A stretch of 61,277 nt of DNA, the filler included, from Phoronis australis (lineage: Eukaryota; Animalia; Phoronida), in assembly GCA_002633005.1 (NCBI GenBank). It is 4 parts of 4 records of this genome, joined end to end, with 100 filler letters (N's around TTAATTAATTAA, not from the genome) between each part and the next. Parts side by side here need not be neighbours in the genome. Positions count along the whole stretch, not along the records: positions 26,519 to 55,445 come from NMRA01000093.1; 3 more parts are not named here. One strand, 5' to 3'. The notes beneath the pieces were generated by a model that saw only the letters and a list, made by a program, of their open reading frames with translations, had not been told where the DNA came from and searched no databases. The position numbers and the translations under genes are program-made. Shown here one piece after another: positions 36,101 to 49,587 of this stretch. Every line of letters begins with the position of its first letter. Positions within the stretch are counted from its first letter, which is position 1.

Positions 36101-39100
36101 GGGCGTTGTAAAGTCCGAAGTAACTTTGAGCAAAACATCTGAGACATTTTGACTCATTACAACGCTCAAAGTCATAAACTTAATGGGTTTTGATGACTTG
36201 GATAAGCAAATCGAAACACTCTTAGGTCTTTGCGTGGTGTCTTTTGAGTCCACCAACTGAATTATTTCAATATCTTGAAATTCAAGGGATGAAATTCAGT
36301 GTTCACTACTTAATCGACATTGCTGTTTAAAGGTTTTGCTTGTTCTATGCGTCACAATTTCTTATTATTCTGCGATGAGTTCCTTAGGCCGCAAGACATT
36401 TTGCGTTTTTTTGGACTATCTAACAGGCATAAATAAAATGTCCACCAACATTTGCAAGTTCAAATGCAACCCTGGGAGTCGACAGTACGACATATCATTT
36501 GAAACGATGAAATGTTTCACCCGTGCACCCCATATAAATACTGCTTGATTTAAAGACAAAAAGCAAGGTTAAGTAACGGTCACATCATTTGTTAGATTTA
36601 TATTTGACAGGAACGATCGATTTGAAAAAATCAAAAATTCAAACCCCGTTTTAATCAAGAGACACGTGCTGATGCGTAGAGGCAAATCAGTATTCATACC
36701 GAGAGTCTGATCTCGACTGTAGTGGTGACATGTATACATACATTTACAACGCTCACTGTTGCATTGTTTCTGACATGCATCACCAGAGAGCGCTGGGAGC
36801 TCAGATATGACGCGGTGAGCGCTTCTCCACACCTTCACTTGATAGTATACTCTCATCCAATGGAAACAGAAGGTATCATGTGTTGGGGAAAGGCTTCTGG
36901 TTTCACGCTCTTGCAGAATTGAAAATACTGTGCCATACCTAACGCCTACTCAGAACACGTTGCATATTCAACAGACAGACGATCATGGAAATGTTATGGT
37001 TTCTCTGTGAATTCACCAATGTCCAGTTTCGTGGTACACTCCATGGTTATCTTGGAACACCTTTTGTGATAACTATCTGGCGTGTTTTGCGATGTAAAAG
37101 GACGTGTCAAGACCAGGCTAGGTGTTACACGCTAACAAGGACGTTGCCAAGTCCCTTGACGGTTTGTTGAAAGCTGTATCAACAGGTCATGTAGAAAATA
37201 TCAATTAAAATGCTTCCTGTGTGTCGTAACATTATTAGACCCTCAAATTAGTTATAAACAAATTATTTAACACTTTTTCCTGCGGATTGACGAAGTAACA
37301 AAGAAAGTGTAAATTTCCGGTTTTGGCGGCACTTAAGTAGCATAATTGGAACATTTTACGAATTTTATTGGCCTATCTGTACTTATAATTTGTTGATTGA
37401 AATATTTTTAAGGATGTGCACCATGTGTACAGTGTCCTCATTAAGTATGGTATTATGTAGTGCCGGTCCCACAAACGTTTCAGTTTGGCGACCGTTTTTT
37501 ATGGTAAAAATGAGATGGTCAAAACCTCGGGAACCGGGATGACCACATTCAGTCTTTTATTATGTTAAAAATCTAGATTCCCAAATTTACAAAAACGTGT
37601 TTAGGTCGCACATTTTTCAGAAATGAATTTAGTCTATATATAGCTTGCACTTGCGGCAGAAAATCTTCAAAATAGAACAGAAATGAAAATTCAATCCCAC
37701 AATTCGACACTCGCCTATTGTCAATCAATAAATTCGGTGACATCATTCTGCTAGGACAGGCTAGTAAGCTGCTATAGGCCTACGCGCCAAACATTCGCTT
37801 TTCGCTCTCGCAGTGTTGGTAAATGGTGCAAGATATTTTTTCTTGCAAGAAATTAGGTCTTTGGAACGCTTTCCAGGGTTCTATTGAAACTTGGCCGGTT
37901 CCTCACGCAAACATGCCGGAGTAAGTTTATTAACGCATTGAAAGACAATGAGAAATGCGCAGTTTAAAGTGCTTTTAAGCCAGTGATTACCATGTTTCGA
38001 CCACTGTCTACATTATCAGCATCGTTAAACATTCATTTATAGAACTACATATCACAATCGTAAATCCAATCGTCAGAAAACGAGGAAACAGAAGAAAATC
38101 GACTTTAATTGAAGATTTCTTAGTTCCACGGACGTGAGTGTGACCAGTGAATGTACTCAGCGCGACGCGAGTTTCTTGTACAAACTTGTGCCACATTTGC
38201 GCATCTCTGATGTCCCAGAGGAACACTAACACCATAAAAGTACCGCCACGCCAATCTTTATTTGACCATACCTGATGATTTTTCACAATGAACACTACAG
38301 AGGATGACTAATGCTGTGACGGATTGTCCCGATTCTACGTAGTAAGTGTCGATCAATAAATGCTCATTACTCGAGACCAGGAGCCCGTTCCAAGAAACGG
38401 ACTTAAGTTCATTTTTGACTTAAGTCTAAGATTTGTCTTAACTTTCATACTTTGAAACTTCCACATCCGGTATGATAGTTAAAATTAAGACAAAACTTTT
38501 ATCAAAAATTTATTTCAAACTTAAGATCTCTTTCTTCAATCGGTCTCCAGACAAATTTAAGTTTTGTCTTAGCTAAGTCAGCTCTGTTGGAACAGGCCCC
38601 AGCCAAATAAAATATCGGAAGATAGTGTTTGCGGGTGACTGCTCTAATTTGACAGCTGGGGTTGTTTTGTGGTGTTTTAGAAGTAAAACTGTTGGTTTTA
38701 AGCACGTAACGAGTGCTCATTCATTATTAACACAAAGATGGAGGGGGTATATGAGTTTTCATTCAGTCAAGTTTTAAGCACCGCGACTTACCATCCAGGT
38801 ATGTTAAAATAGTTCGTACTTGACGTTGTCGTCAAATCCGTATATGGATCTTCGAGCAACCTGCTCTTGGCAAACCAGTTTGTTTTTGTTGAACCTTTGC
38901 CGTCGAAGACTAAAGTGAAAACTTCTACTCCATTATCGAAAAAGGCTAATTTAACCTGGAATGAAAATACAAAGTCATACACACTATAGGGCAATGATGA
39001 AAAACGGAAGTGTCCCCGCAACAATACACAATAAAGTGCCGTGCTGTGCTTTCTCATCTAATTACTTATGATTACCTGACGCAGACAGGTAATTATAAGT

Positions 39101-42100
39101 TATTTCCGAATGTGGTGCACTAATGAGATCACCAATCGTCGAATCAGACAGCAGGAGACGCAAGGTACGTAAACTGTGAGTTGTTGGTTTCTAAATTTGT
39201 TGACGCCGTTTTTTTGACTAGTGGTAACTGTCTCAAAGGATGTCACCGAATTAGGGTATTCGGGGCCTGTCACCAGAAACTTTCCGAAACTTGGTTAATG
39301 GAGAAATGCTTGGTGTCAGAGACGCAGACTCTCAGTAACAGGTGTCACTTGACGACCAAGACAGTTCGTCCGCTCTTGTCCACCCGCAGCCATCTACAGC
39401 ACATCCCTAGAAACGGGTGCTTGGCGCAAAAAGCGGGATAGTTATCAATACATTTTCAGAACACAGCTTTGTTAGAACAGCAGTGGAGCCAATTGCTGAT
39501 TTGTGAAACACCTTTACCGTATTGAAAATTATTATACCACCAAACAGCGATCTGGTCTTTAGCGGACTGGCATTCAGCGCTACCTACCTACAGACCCCAT
39601 TTAATAAGGACGCAGGTTTGAACCTACTGGTAACATCAGCTTTCAAGCAATTTCCCTGCTATCGTAATACCGTCAAACCCTTACTGCTGTATTCTATAGT
39701 GTATTAATAGCTTACACAAAAAGGCATGTTTTTTAAATATCCATGGATGAAACACATCATATTCCATACTCGAATGAGCCCCCCCATTTGGCGAAGTGGG
39801 CAAAAAGGTCCGCCTCAGAAAAAACGAGACAAAAGTCCACTAAAAAGGTAGGAATTCGGCGCGAATGCACAATTCATAGTTCTGAACGTAGTACCCCTTT
39901 TTATTTTGTAGTTCCCGGTTTATTCTTTTTAGTACCTTTTTGGTTTTTGGAAAAAGGTCCGCATTCTCAAAAACTCGAGCCCCCCTATATTTCAGGCTGG
40001 GTGCGCGCATGTGAAACGTCCACTATTATCAAGATGCGACAAACCCAAGCCAGTTCCACCTCCATCGGCCTCACAAGCAACATTTGCTCTCCTGCCTCGG
40101 TCATAATGACCTGATACCACCCTCGCGAACAGTCTCAGTTGTATAGTTTGCGGTTACGTGTTAAAGCGGATATTAACATAAGACAACCTCAAATTTGCCA
40201 GAGTTGCGGCGTTCAAACCGCGTTTAAATATCTATTTTTAGATTAGAATGTGTTTCAGTTCTGGCTAAATCTCTGCAGGTGTTTCTCCATGCACGCAGTC
40301 GCCATTTCAAAAATGAACCTCTTTTTAGGCTTAAAAAACAATGCATAAATATAAGGAGGCACGCGAAGAAATCACGTTTTGCACTGTGATTAAGCGAGGA
40401 ATATATTGTTTTTAAAACCAAAGAGGTAGCTCCTTGTAATGTGGCTACTGCGTGAATAAGGTGAGAAGTGCCGTTCCATTCATAAATGATTAGCGGGTCG
40501 GTTAAATAACATCACATCAAAGCCCCACGAAAGTTTGACACAAACGCTATCCCGATAAAGGTTCGACTAAACTGAGAAATATTCTGCCAAGAAGTTTATT
40601 CAAGATTGGTAGAGTCTGGCAGAGTTTTGTCGAAATCTGTACAGGTTATTTTGAAAACTACTGTAATCACAAAAATCAATACGTAAAAGTGTAGTGAAAA
40701 TTGTGCAAACAATCTAATGGCAAGCTATTGGTATGCACTGATATGATGTAGGACAGTCAAGTTCATGACTAAACTATACAACACATTGTTTATAAATGCC
40801 GTACACGTAACTGTTGGGTACAGTGTAGTGTACCAATGGTTTTGATTTATGCGTTTTCTGTGATGAAAGTAACAGTCCGCGTTCAGACAAGTTTTACTGA
40901 ATTTTTCGAAAACGCTGTCAGACTGTATGATCATTTTTGCGATTTTGCGAAGTGAGAAATCAGCCTTCGTGTTGTAACAAGATATAAAGTGTCAACATAA
41001 GGAATGTAACTATACCTTCTTTACGATCAAATTTGCCCAGTCTTCAACTTTAGCACTCTTGAAGTGTGTTGACGACCCAGTTGCAAGTTGTACCGTGTCC
41101 TGTGAGGGTGCAGTTGTACTTGAACCAGTCCACAGATCATACATTGAGTGGCCGTTACTCTTGGTAGCTTTCAGAACCAGGTCCCATCCGTTGAAATAGT
41201 GGGTCCATTCAACTACAAGCAGGCAATTACAATTACGTTTGAACACCCTTTTACAGGGATTCGGGGCTAGGCCGACACCATTTTCAAAAAAAAAAAACAA
41301 AAAAACAAAAACACATACCCTCGTGTGAAAACTACCGCTACACACCCCGAGAACGAAATAGCTTTGGTTAGTTCAAAAACCCGATCAGAAAATACAGTTA
41401 AAGCACTTCTTGAGATTCCAGTGTCGACAATCAATACAGTGCAGATCAGAAATTGAACCGCATCAAACATAATTCATTGATTGTTAAAACGTTACACCGC
41501 CGCTCACAATAAACCAGGAGAATTGTCAGTCGCAGTCAGGCGCAATGATATGAATGGGTATGTGTGCGCCATGTGTGGATGAAACTATTATTGGAAGATT
41601 TTGACAATGAAAATGCGTTTCAAATCAGCAAACGTAACTATTATGACACTGTAGGTTTGAAAGAATGTTTCCAGATTTATTACATTAAGATGAAGGCAAA
41701 TTATAGAGTGGTCAATATTCAGACACTCAACGAAAAATTTGATCATTGTTAATGATCTTCAAACAAGAAATAATTTTTTCGATGTCATTTGCGTACAAGA
41801 ATCATGATTATCAACAACTGACAATTACTCGTTATTTAATCTGACACACGCTGTACAATGTTACTAACCAGATTGTATTACCCTATTATGGACTAGTTGC
41901 ATACACCAGAAAAGGTTTGTATGTCATAAAAAGATATTTCATACACTTTTAAAACGTATGAATGCTTACTGTCTCATATCAAGATGCACAACAAACATTT
42001 ACATATAGCTATTACAAGCCCTCCGACTACAGACACATGCATTTACATGTATGTTTAAACTAGTGTACGCAGTTCATTATTAAATCGAACACAGGTAATG

Positions 42101-45100
42101 AAGAACTCGTATTTGCCGGCGTGCTCAACATTGATCTACTAAAACTTTATTTTAATCGCAAATTTCAAGATTTCCTTGTAAAAATAATAATCATAAGACA
42201 CCCAACAAGATATAAGTATCTGTAATTGGTCTTATCTAAATACAACACCAAAAGATCTCACAGTGACATAGGTTTAATCTATATGACCAGTACATGGCCA
42301 TGTTAATTACTTTAATCTATATGACCAGTGCATGGCCATGTTAATTACTTTAATCTATATGACCAGTACATGGCCATGTTAATTACTTTAATCTATATGA
42401 CCAGTGCATGGCCATGTTAATTACTTTAATCTATATGACCAGTACATGGCCATGTTAATTACAAAACACAAAAACCAGAGAGAATTAGAACACAAGTATT
42501 CAAAAGAACGCGAAAAACACCTTAAAATGAACTCCAAAATGTTAATTTCGATTACATTGTAGTGAGGGTAGACTGTACGAAAAATAAAACTTACACCAAC
42601 AACTTGCCCAATACTTGAGCTACTAAAGAGGGACTCATAGCTACGTGTACAGTAAAACTCTGGAATAACTTATTCAAACTGCAAATAAACTGTACTTTCA
42701 ACAAATATAAACAAGATTTCAGCAAGACATGGAATGTTATAAAAACAAACAACAACTATACTTAATTTCCAGAATATAAAACAAAACAAACATATATTAA
42801 GATATATGATCAAACGTGTTAAACAACTGCGTAATAAATATTGTCCAATCATTAGCTAAGCCATTTCCAGTCCACGTACACTCTTAATTGGATTTTTCTT
42901 AATATCCAATCCTACGCAAACAAAATTTCAATGAGTGATTGAAAACAATGTTTTAAAGTACTTGCAAGAATGAGTAATATAAAAAACTAGCTCATTATTT
43001 GGCAACACTTCCCAAAACACACAAAATGGATTACTCCGGTCATTATAAAACCACTCACTGCCTTCATCAACCAATGTTTTAACACAGGTAATTTTCCCAA
43101 CTGATTAAAAAATTGCCAAACTTGTGTCTCTGCACGAAGGAAATGATGTCAGCACAATATCAACAACAGGCCTGTCTCCCTTCTTCTTGCCTTCTCAAAA
43201 TGGTGTCTACATTGTCTATGACCACCTTTACGACTATCTCAATACAAATAATATCTTCTATCATCGTTTATATGGTTTTCAGAAATTAAGATCAACGGAA
43301 TTTCCAACACTCGAACTAACTGACATAATTGATGAACGTCTGGACAAGGCCATAAACCAAATAGCTATCTTTTTAGATCTTTCAAAATCCTATGACACAG
43401 TTGACCACGACATCTTGCTAGATAAAGTTTCATTTTACACTGTAGCTGGAGCATTCACTCTTCAAAAATTATTTTACCAATCGACAACAATATGTTCAGT
43501 TCACTATTCCAAAATCAACTGTGACACATAGGATCTATTTTTGGTCTCCTACCTTTTCTTGTTTGCTGAAACGAGCTTCACAAATCCAGTTCTCTTGAGA
43601 ACCTTATGTAAGCTGATGACACCTGTCTTATATGGACACCTTGTATACTAACATATTCACATGGTCATCTATCAACAAATTACCGTTAGATGTCACCAAA
43701 ACTTAATACATGGTCTTTAACTAAAAAGTAGCAGTGAAACCCTAAATTTTGTTAAACCATTTACGTTTTTGGAAATAACATACTAATCTGGCGGGAACAA
43801 ATATTGTACAAAATTGTGGTGCACTCAATAAACTCAAGTCTTAGAAATATTGGCCTTTATTCACACTGACCATTGTGACTATTCCTTACTCCAAACTCAC
43901 TGGATTTTTGGCATCACAATATGGAGAATTAAAATGTATTTTCACTTGTTCTGAAAAATAACATCACCGAACCTACTCGCTAGCCATCAAAATCAGTACA
44001 TCTTAGTGAATAATGTATTCTCTGTTGAAATATATACTGCTTTAAAAACTAATTTCTTAATAAGTATTTCAAAATCAGATTTCTTCTGTTGTATTCAAAC
44101 AAACATATCCCTGCAAAATCTGTACTTATGTTGAAGTAGGTATTGGAAATTTGGTGGATTTGCACTGCTTGCTTACGAGCTCTTTGTTTTGTGATTCAAA
44201 ACTTGCGCAAAAAGTAAAGTGAATAGTAACCAAATGCACGACTGAATTGTGCATCCGACCTATGGTACACCCAAAATACAGAATTTCCCACTCGAAACCA
44301 AGTGAAAATATACACAATCGAGCCGGTGTAGCATTAAATAATGACCCCGTGAAAAATGACGCCGGCTAGATTTTGCAGGGTTTAAATTTGACGTGAAGAG
44401 TTTTTAGCCCATGAAAAAATGACCTCTCGTCCGTGAAAACCCGTCCCGTCATTATTCAACGGTTCCAGGAGCGGATCCAGAATTTTGATTTAGGTGGGGG
44501 GGGGNNNNNNNNNNNNNNNNNNNNNNNNNNNNNNNNNNNNNNNACCCAAAAAACAACCTAATTTGTATCAATTTAGATCGAGTAGTTCTACTCCATAACG
44601 ACACGTACGGTTGCGTTACCTGACACCTGACGGCAGACGGAGGTGTTGAAATTATCCAATGATGTCATCGGTTTCACACGCAGTCTGTTCAACATTTCAC
44701 AACACGGGTTACTGGTATCAACTTATCGCTTGAAGTTATCGTTTAACATAAAAAATCATCAAACTTCGATATAAATCTCTTAAAAATACACCGAGTTCTT
44801 ATAAAAACGTGTTGTTTTATTTCGCTCTTACGGATTTATTGGTATTTGGACACACCGTAGCCTACAAAGTTCGGCAGGCCAATAACGTCCTTAGCAGGAG
44901 TTTGGGGTCTGTTCGGAGATAATTTCAAAGTATTTTCCGTGAGCTACAGACAGGAGAACCTATATTTGTGTTGTTTAGACTTGTGATTTTTTGAGTTCTA
45001 AACACAAAACGCTTGTTTTCCTGAGTGGCCAGTAGCTCGGCCGGAGCCCGATCAGCGGGCCCGCCTGGCGTCGCGGCCGGCCGGATCCCGGCCAGTGGCT

Positions 45101-48100
45101 CGGAAACTGATCAGACATCACGAACATAAACCAGCCAAAGTTCAGTGGAAACTAAACTTCCAGTCAAGAAAATGCTATGCTAGTGATCCAAAGTAATGTG
45201 CACGTGATTATGTTGATGAATTATAGCCACGAAACTGCAAATCTACTTACTCATCAAGGGCCGCGAATTCAGGTTCCGCTTTGGCCACAGCACCGTCAGG
45301 GCAGAAGTTGTACATTGACAATCATTATTTGAGTAATGTAAATGTAAATAAAGATTCCCGTAACACCTGGCCGTGGGATGGAAATCGGGTTGTCTCACAA
45401 CAGTTTCTGCCAGCAAGTACTAAATTAGCATGAGCTCACACGGTCTCGGTGTCCCGTCAATTAGTTTTATTGCACCTAAAGCCGGTAACACAGTGATTTA
45501 TTCATTGCACTCACGAACACTCCAAAGGCATTACAAATTGCATCTAGTGAGACAGACTTTGTTTCAGTTTTACATAAGTATTGGTTAGGATAAGAATAAT
45601 TCATTTTGAAACAGAACGCTCAGTAATAAACACCAACATGGCAGCTCGCAATTCCTACTAAGGACGAGCTAGAGCTCATCAGTTTCGACTTCGCAGGTGG
45701 ATCGTTAACTTTTACAGGCTATCTATTCGAACAGGAATACAGTGATGAAGAAATACTAGAGAGGTGCCGTGAACAAGCTCAGACAACGGAACGTATGGAG
45801 TTATTTGGTAAGCCGGCACTGTCGACGTCTGCAGGCCACAAACACGGAGATGTTTCACGGAATCATAGTTGCTATACAGCGTACATTTCATTCTTCACTA
45901 CCATGAGCCACTTCCTAAGCATTTCGGACTCTCGAGGAAGTAAAAAATACGATATACCCGCTTTCCTCGCAGCTGCTTAGTTCGGACAGGCGGGAACGAT
46001 GCACCGCAACATTGCGGCCTTCACTCTGCATATGAACCAGTGACGTCGCTACCGTCGTTTCTCACCTTCCTCAGTGGTTAACGCGACACCTCTTGGCAAG
46101 GTGAGGTCATACGTATGCGAGGCGATGTGGATATAGACCGATTAAGACGGCGAAAAAGACTAATTAAATCGGGTGGCATTCTACTTTAAGTTGTATAGCA
46201 CAAGTTGGGCGGATGACCGCTGTAGCCAATATCTTACACCGACGACTGATTAAGTCCATTCTGGCTTTAGGGTTGGAGGGTCAGCTCTCTTTTGTTCGAT
46301 AGTTGCTCTAATCTCCAATAAGATCATATCTTATTGACTCACTGGGCTGTGGTGTTAAAAATAAGTTAAGTTATAAAATGTTTGAACATAAACCAATGAC
46401 ATTTCTGAATTCCCCATCAAATACTGGTCATGCATAAAGTTTTTGAATCACCAAAATCACCCAAATATACAATCGAAGTTCAGACTATCACACGCTCACA
46501 ACCGCTGTACATCTGGTAAAATCACGGAACGGTAGAACGCCCTAATGAACCTGACATTTATCTATATGACTCCAATGGCTCCATTTTTACAGTAGTTCAC
46601 ATTAAATTTAGACCCCCCATTAAATGCCACGTGGGTCGTATTTTAATTTTACGTATTTACCCGAGTTCATTTTCAATACTGAAAACTAAGGCTCATTGGG
46701 GCACAACAAAAGTACGTCCCAAGTGAGCAGCACGTCTCCTGGATATGATGTATTTGCACCGAGCGACACGAATTAAATGATAAATTTGCGCGATCTTACT
46801 GGTTTCTGTTGAAAAAACGAAAAAGTAAAACGCTCACAGTGGATAACAAGCGTGCAGCCGTTCAGACAATTCGAGAATCTGCCACTGGTTGCGATCTTCT
46901 GTTAGCTTGATATTTTCCCTATCGATTGATTGACACTTAAATAAACACATGTAAATGCAACATCACATGTTTTTTATGTTTCTGGAAAAATCGCACTCTT
47001 CTGTCTCTTTATTTGTTAGATATCGCGCTTTGAAAAGAGCAATTTACCCCGTTTGTTTACACGACAATTAGCCGTGTCACGTGATCAGTAACACTCTCCA
47101 ATATGGCGTCAAGTTGCGCGTGTGCCCGGTCTATAGTATTAAGATGTCTATGGTTTTGAGATTTCATCGTGGGCATTAAGAGCTTACAAACTTTGGTCAC
47201 AATATTGATAAGCAACCGCTGTTTAGTTATCGATGTACCTTTTTATTAAATTTTACTCATAGTCAAGCGACACATTTAATGGCAGTAAAGAGTCAAAAAT
47301 CAAATTTTGCAGGTTTCTGTTTTCAGAAAATATATAATTTTACTAAGTTAAAATATGTGTTTTGTAGATATGTGGGGATATACACAGACACAGAAAAGAG
47401 GCCTATACATGTTTACATGACTACATTCAAATATTCACTCAGTAAACAGCACGTGTGTTGGTACGTATTGTATGTAAGCTGGTGGACCTGTGCTCCATGA
47501 TATTCACTTGCGATGGGACGATACACAGTTTTAAGAATTCGATTCCATTCGATACCTTTTAGGAGGAATTTGATTATTATAGAATCAAGTCTTGTTTGTC
47601 AAATTAATTCATTTATCTCAAATATAAACATCTAACTATCAACTCGTACCAATTTTAGGAACTGTATCCCGAAAAAAATCACCAGTGTGAAATTTTCATG
47701 TACGTTTTTTCATGAAGACGAGTGCGTCAACATTTTCCGATGAAAACTGTGCTTGTTGAACACTCACGGTGTTCCTTTCTGCGGAGATTGTTAAATGTGA
47801 TAACGATTTCATCTAATGAGCTGATTGGGTTGTTAAATTTTTCAATATCTCAAAAATACTCTTCAAAAGATACAAACAGGCCGATTAATGGTCAAGCCCT
47901 TGATCTTCGCTATAATTATGTGCCTGTCATTACAGGTCAACAAACGATTGCAGTTTCGGTCGTTACAGTGACTATAGTGAAATTTGAAAACTTTGTATAA
48001 ATGTAAAATATAACAATTAGTCAGACACACACAACTCGTAAAAGCTGTATTGTTTTTGATGCTTTTCTTCACATAACTTAAGAAGTCAGACAATTTTGAC

Positions 48101-49587
48101 AAACCAAATTTACCGTACATTTTGTAATCAGTGTACGTTGGTGCTACACGTCTTATGCCTGAACCAAAGAAAAAATACAAATTATGATCTGTAGGACATT
48201 ACGTTCGTGTACCAAACCGACAGTTTCACATGCGTTTTACTTAAAGAACATTTTGAAAACTGCACGAGTTTGCACATTTTGAAACATACATGTACGCACA
48301 CGGTGTAGCTGAAGCAACAAGCGTGGAGTTGAGAAACGGAATTTGTGGAATATTCCAAGGTAGAATATATCCTATGGTGGTAGGATATATTCTAAGGTAG
48401 AATATATTCCAAGGTGGAATATAAACTATGGTAGAATATATCCTACATAGAGGCATCTGTAATGCTGCTACCAGTATTCAAAGCTTAGAATGGGTAATTG
48501 AAACCTTCGAAAATATTAATTGCGATTTGCAGAACATTTTGTAGTAACACCTGTACGCCGCCCTCAAACGTTATTCACTTTCGAAGGCCAAAACACTGGA
48601 AAACAGTGGAAAATCAAACTAAGGAATAAACAGGATGTAAATTTTAATCCATCATCACTTATACTGTTGGAGAAGAAAGATATGTTGTTACACGAGCATC
48701 ATGTTCTTGTTAACATCAATTCAAGTCCCGATATAAATGAGCGTCCTAAGCTGTGAACGTTCAAAGGTCCACTGCTGATGCAGTGTTCTATGGGCCTAAA
48801 GTGCATACTTACCCCTAAATTTATCAATGCACCACTGCCTGCACACGACAATCAGTTTGTGTTGAGCACGTCGTCTTTCTTGAACTTAAAGGGTTGGCCA
48901 ATAGAGGCCAGAGAGGGTGGCTGTGAAGAAGGAGTTAAACACAAACCCCGTGCTATGTGTTGAATTCTTTCTATCCTGTCTATGTTGGTGCATGTGGAGG
49001 GGTGCCACACCGAGAAGCGTTCTAGTTTAGGCCTCAAAGGGGATGTGTGAAACAATCGTTAAGGAACAACCCCTCCTTCATATGCCCTTAAACCAAACGT
49101 GTATGCATGCTTAAGATAAATTTTAGGAACAATATACGTCAAACAAGTTAGAAAAATAAACTTGAGAGAAATATTGAAGTTGATCTAAAGTGCATATAGA
49201 ATAATCAAATAGTTTCGTTTGAGAACGAAAAATGGATTCAAGAAGGCAGTTTCTCTTACTTGAGATTGAGTTTGTATTCACCACGTGAGACCACCCTTCT
49301 TCTTGAGACACTGCGTACCAATACGGATTGACCAAGTCTGTCTCACTGATCTCGCACGTTGTGGATGGCTGGTGATAATTCACAAAAGAACAACCTGATG
49401 CGAATTCTTGCACGCAGAGCTGGGTACATTGGGTGTATGAGATCGCACCGGACACGGACGCAGAAGCAACGCCAGTGACACGAGTGTCCAACTTCAGCGA
49501 TGGCTTTTGAAATAAGACAGTGGTGGCTGGAATGGAACCGGTCACTGCATGATACGAAATCACGAACGCTAATATCGTGACATGCAT
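33156..49587 (-). CDS. Secreted PAN/apple-like domain protein with uncharacterised Trp-rich C-terminal domain, 5 exons, 307 aa
   Basis: Exons 49587-49260, 41212-41016, 38955-38792, 35404-35226 and 33211-33156 total 924 nt with phases 1,0,2,1 and GT-AG sites. A hydrophobic N-terminus (MHVTILAFVISYHAVTG) is followed by a PAN-type Cys pattern (QCTQLCVQEFASGCSFVNYHQPSTTCEIS), then WDLVLKAT..YDLW..HFKS..W..FDGKGS..NWF..RLL..YFNIPG..RRFYIN..HGGC..DQGW..C.EW..FAYS..VNW..VGF..AIF. Confidence 0.85.
33333..33733. mobile_element. PIF/Harbinger-type MITE
   Basis: Long TIR GGCCCGGTCTC.AATCTTT.TACTCGAAA..GAACTCGAAA with its reverse complement at 33694-33733, and a 3-bp TSD CTG. Confidence 0.85.
33737..34047. 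mobile_element. Older related Harbinger-type MITE, adjacent and inverted
   Basis: TIR GGCCTGGGGTCT/AGACCCCGGGCC. Internal 33912-33974 is the reverse complement of 33405-33466 in the neighbouring MITE. Confidence 0.65.
35623..37150 (+). mobile_element. Longer, decayed Harbinger-like element related to the 38381 MITE
   Basis: The left end (CAG)GGGTTCGTTCCAAGAAATCAACTTAAGTTC matches the 38381 MITE for ~130 bp. A faint transposase-like remnant IPRV....HVYI is at ~36696. The right end was not located. Confidence 0.4.
38080..38215 (+). repeat. Old dispersed repeat, second copy ~60255-60391
   Basis: Shared CAC(G/A)GACGTGAGTGTGAC ... CGACGCGAGTTTCTTGTACAAA ... TGCGC...CTGATG. Confidence 0.6.
38381..38599. 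mobile_element. PIF/Harbinger-type MITE (219 bp)
   Basis: TIR GAGCCCGTTCCAA/TTGGAACAGGCCC and a 3-bp TSD CAG on both sides. Confidence 0.75.
41650..44100 (+). mobile_element. Heavily decayed CR1-group LINE (APE endonuclease + reverse transcriptase relic), antisense in intron 1 of the PAN gene
   Basis: Endonuclease start VVNIQTLNEKFD..FDVICVQES, then RT motifs KPLTAFINQCFNTGNFP..KIAK, YGFQKLRSTE, AIFLDLSKSYDTVDHDILLDK, GSIFG and ADDT (~43612). Many stops and frameshifts. Confidence 0.85.
42273..42462. repeat. 38-bp minisatellite, 5 copies
   Basis: Unit TTTAATCTATATGACCAGT(A/G)CATGGCCATGTTAATTAC starts at 42273, 42311, 42349, 42387 and 42425. Confidence 0.95.
44544..46185 (+). mobile_element. 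Kolobok-like non-autonomous DNA transposon (~1.65 kb)
   Basis: The right end GGGTGGCATTCTACT is followed by TTAA (46186-46189). The left end is in a gap, but the second copy shows the matching ATGCCACCC at ~51873. An internal relic YLFEQEYSDEEILER (~45720) resembles the PYxFEPE motif of P2X7-C-terminus-like accessory proteins of Kolobok elements. Confidence 0.65.
48346..48450. repeat. Short ~17-20 bp degenerate tandem/palindromic repeat
   Basis: GG(T/A)GAATATAT(T/C)C(T/C)A(A/T)GG-like units recur about 5 times. Confidence 0.6.

Noticed and set aside
42273-42462. 38-bp palindrome-containing repeats as a CRISPR array
   Set aside because: No spacers; it is a simple tandem array inside a LINE relic.
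45670-45695. Minus-strand CTGATGAG as a hammerhead ribozyme core
   Set aside because: The stem after CTGATGAG is followed by GTCC rather than GAAA, so the catalytic core is incomplete.
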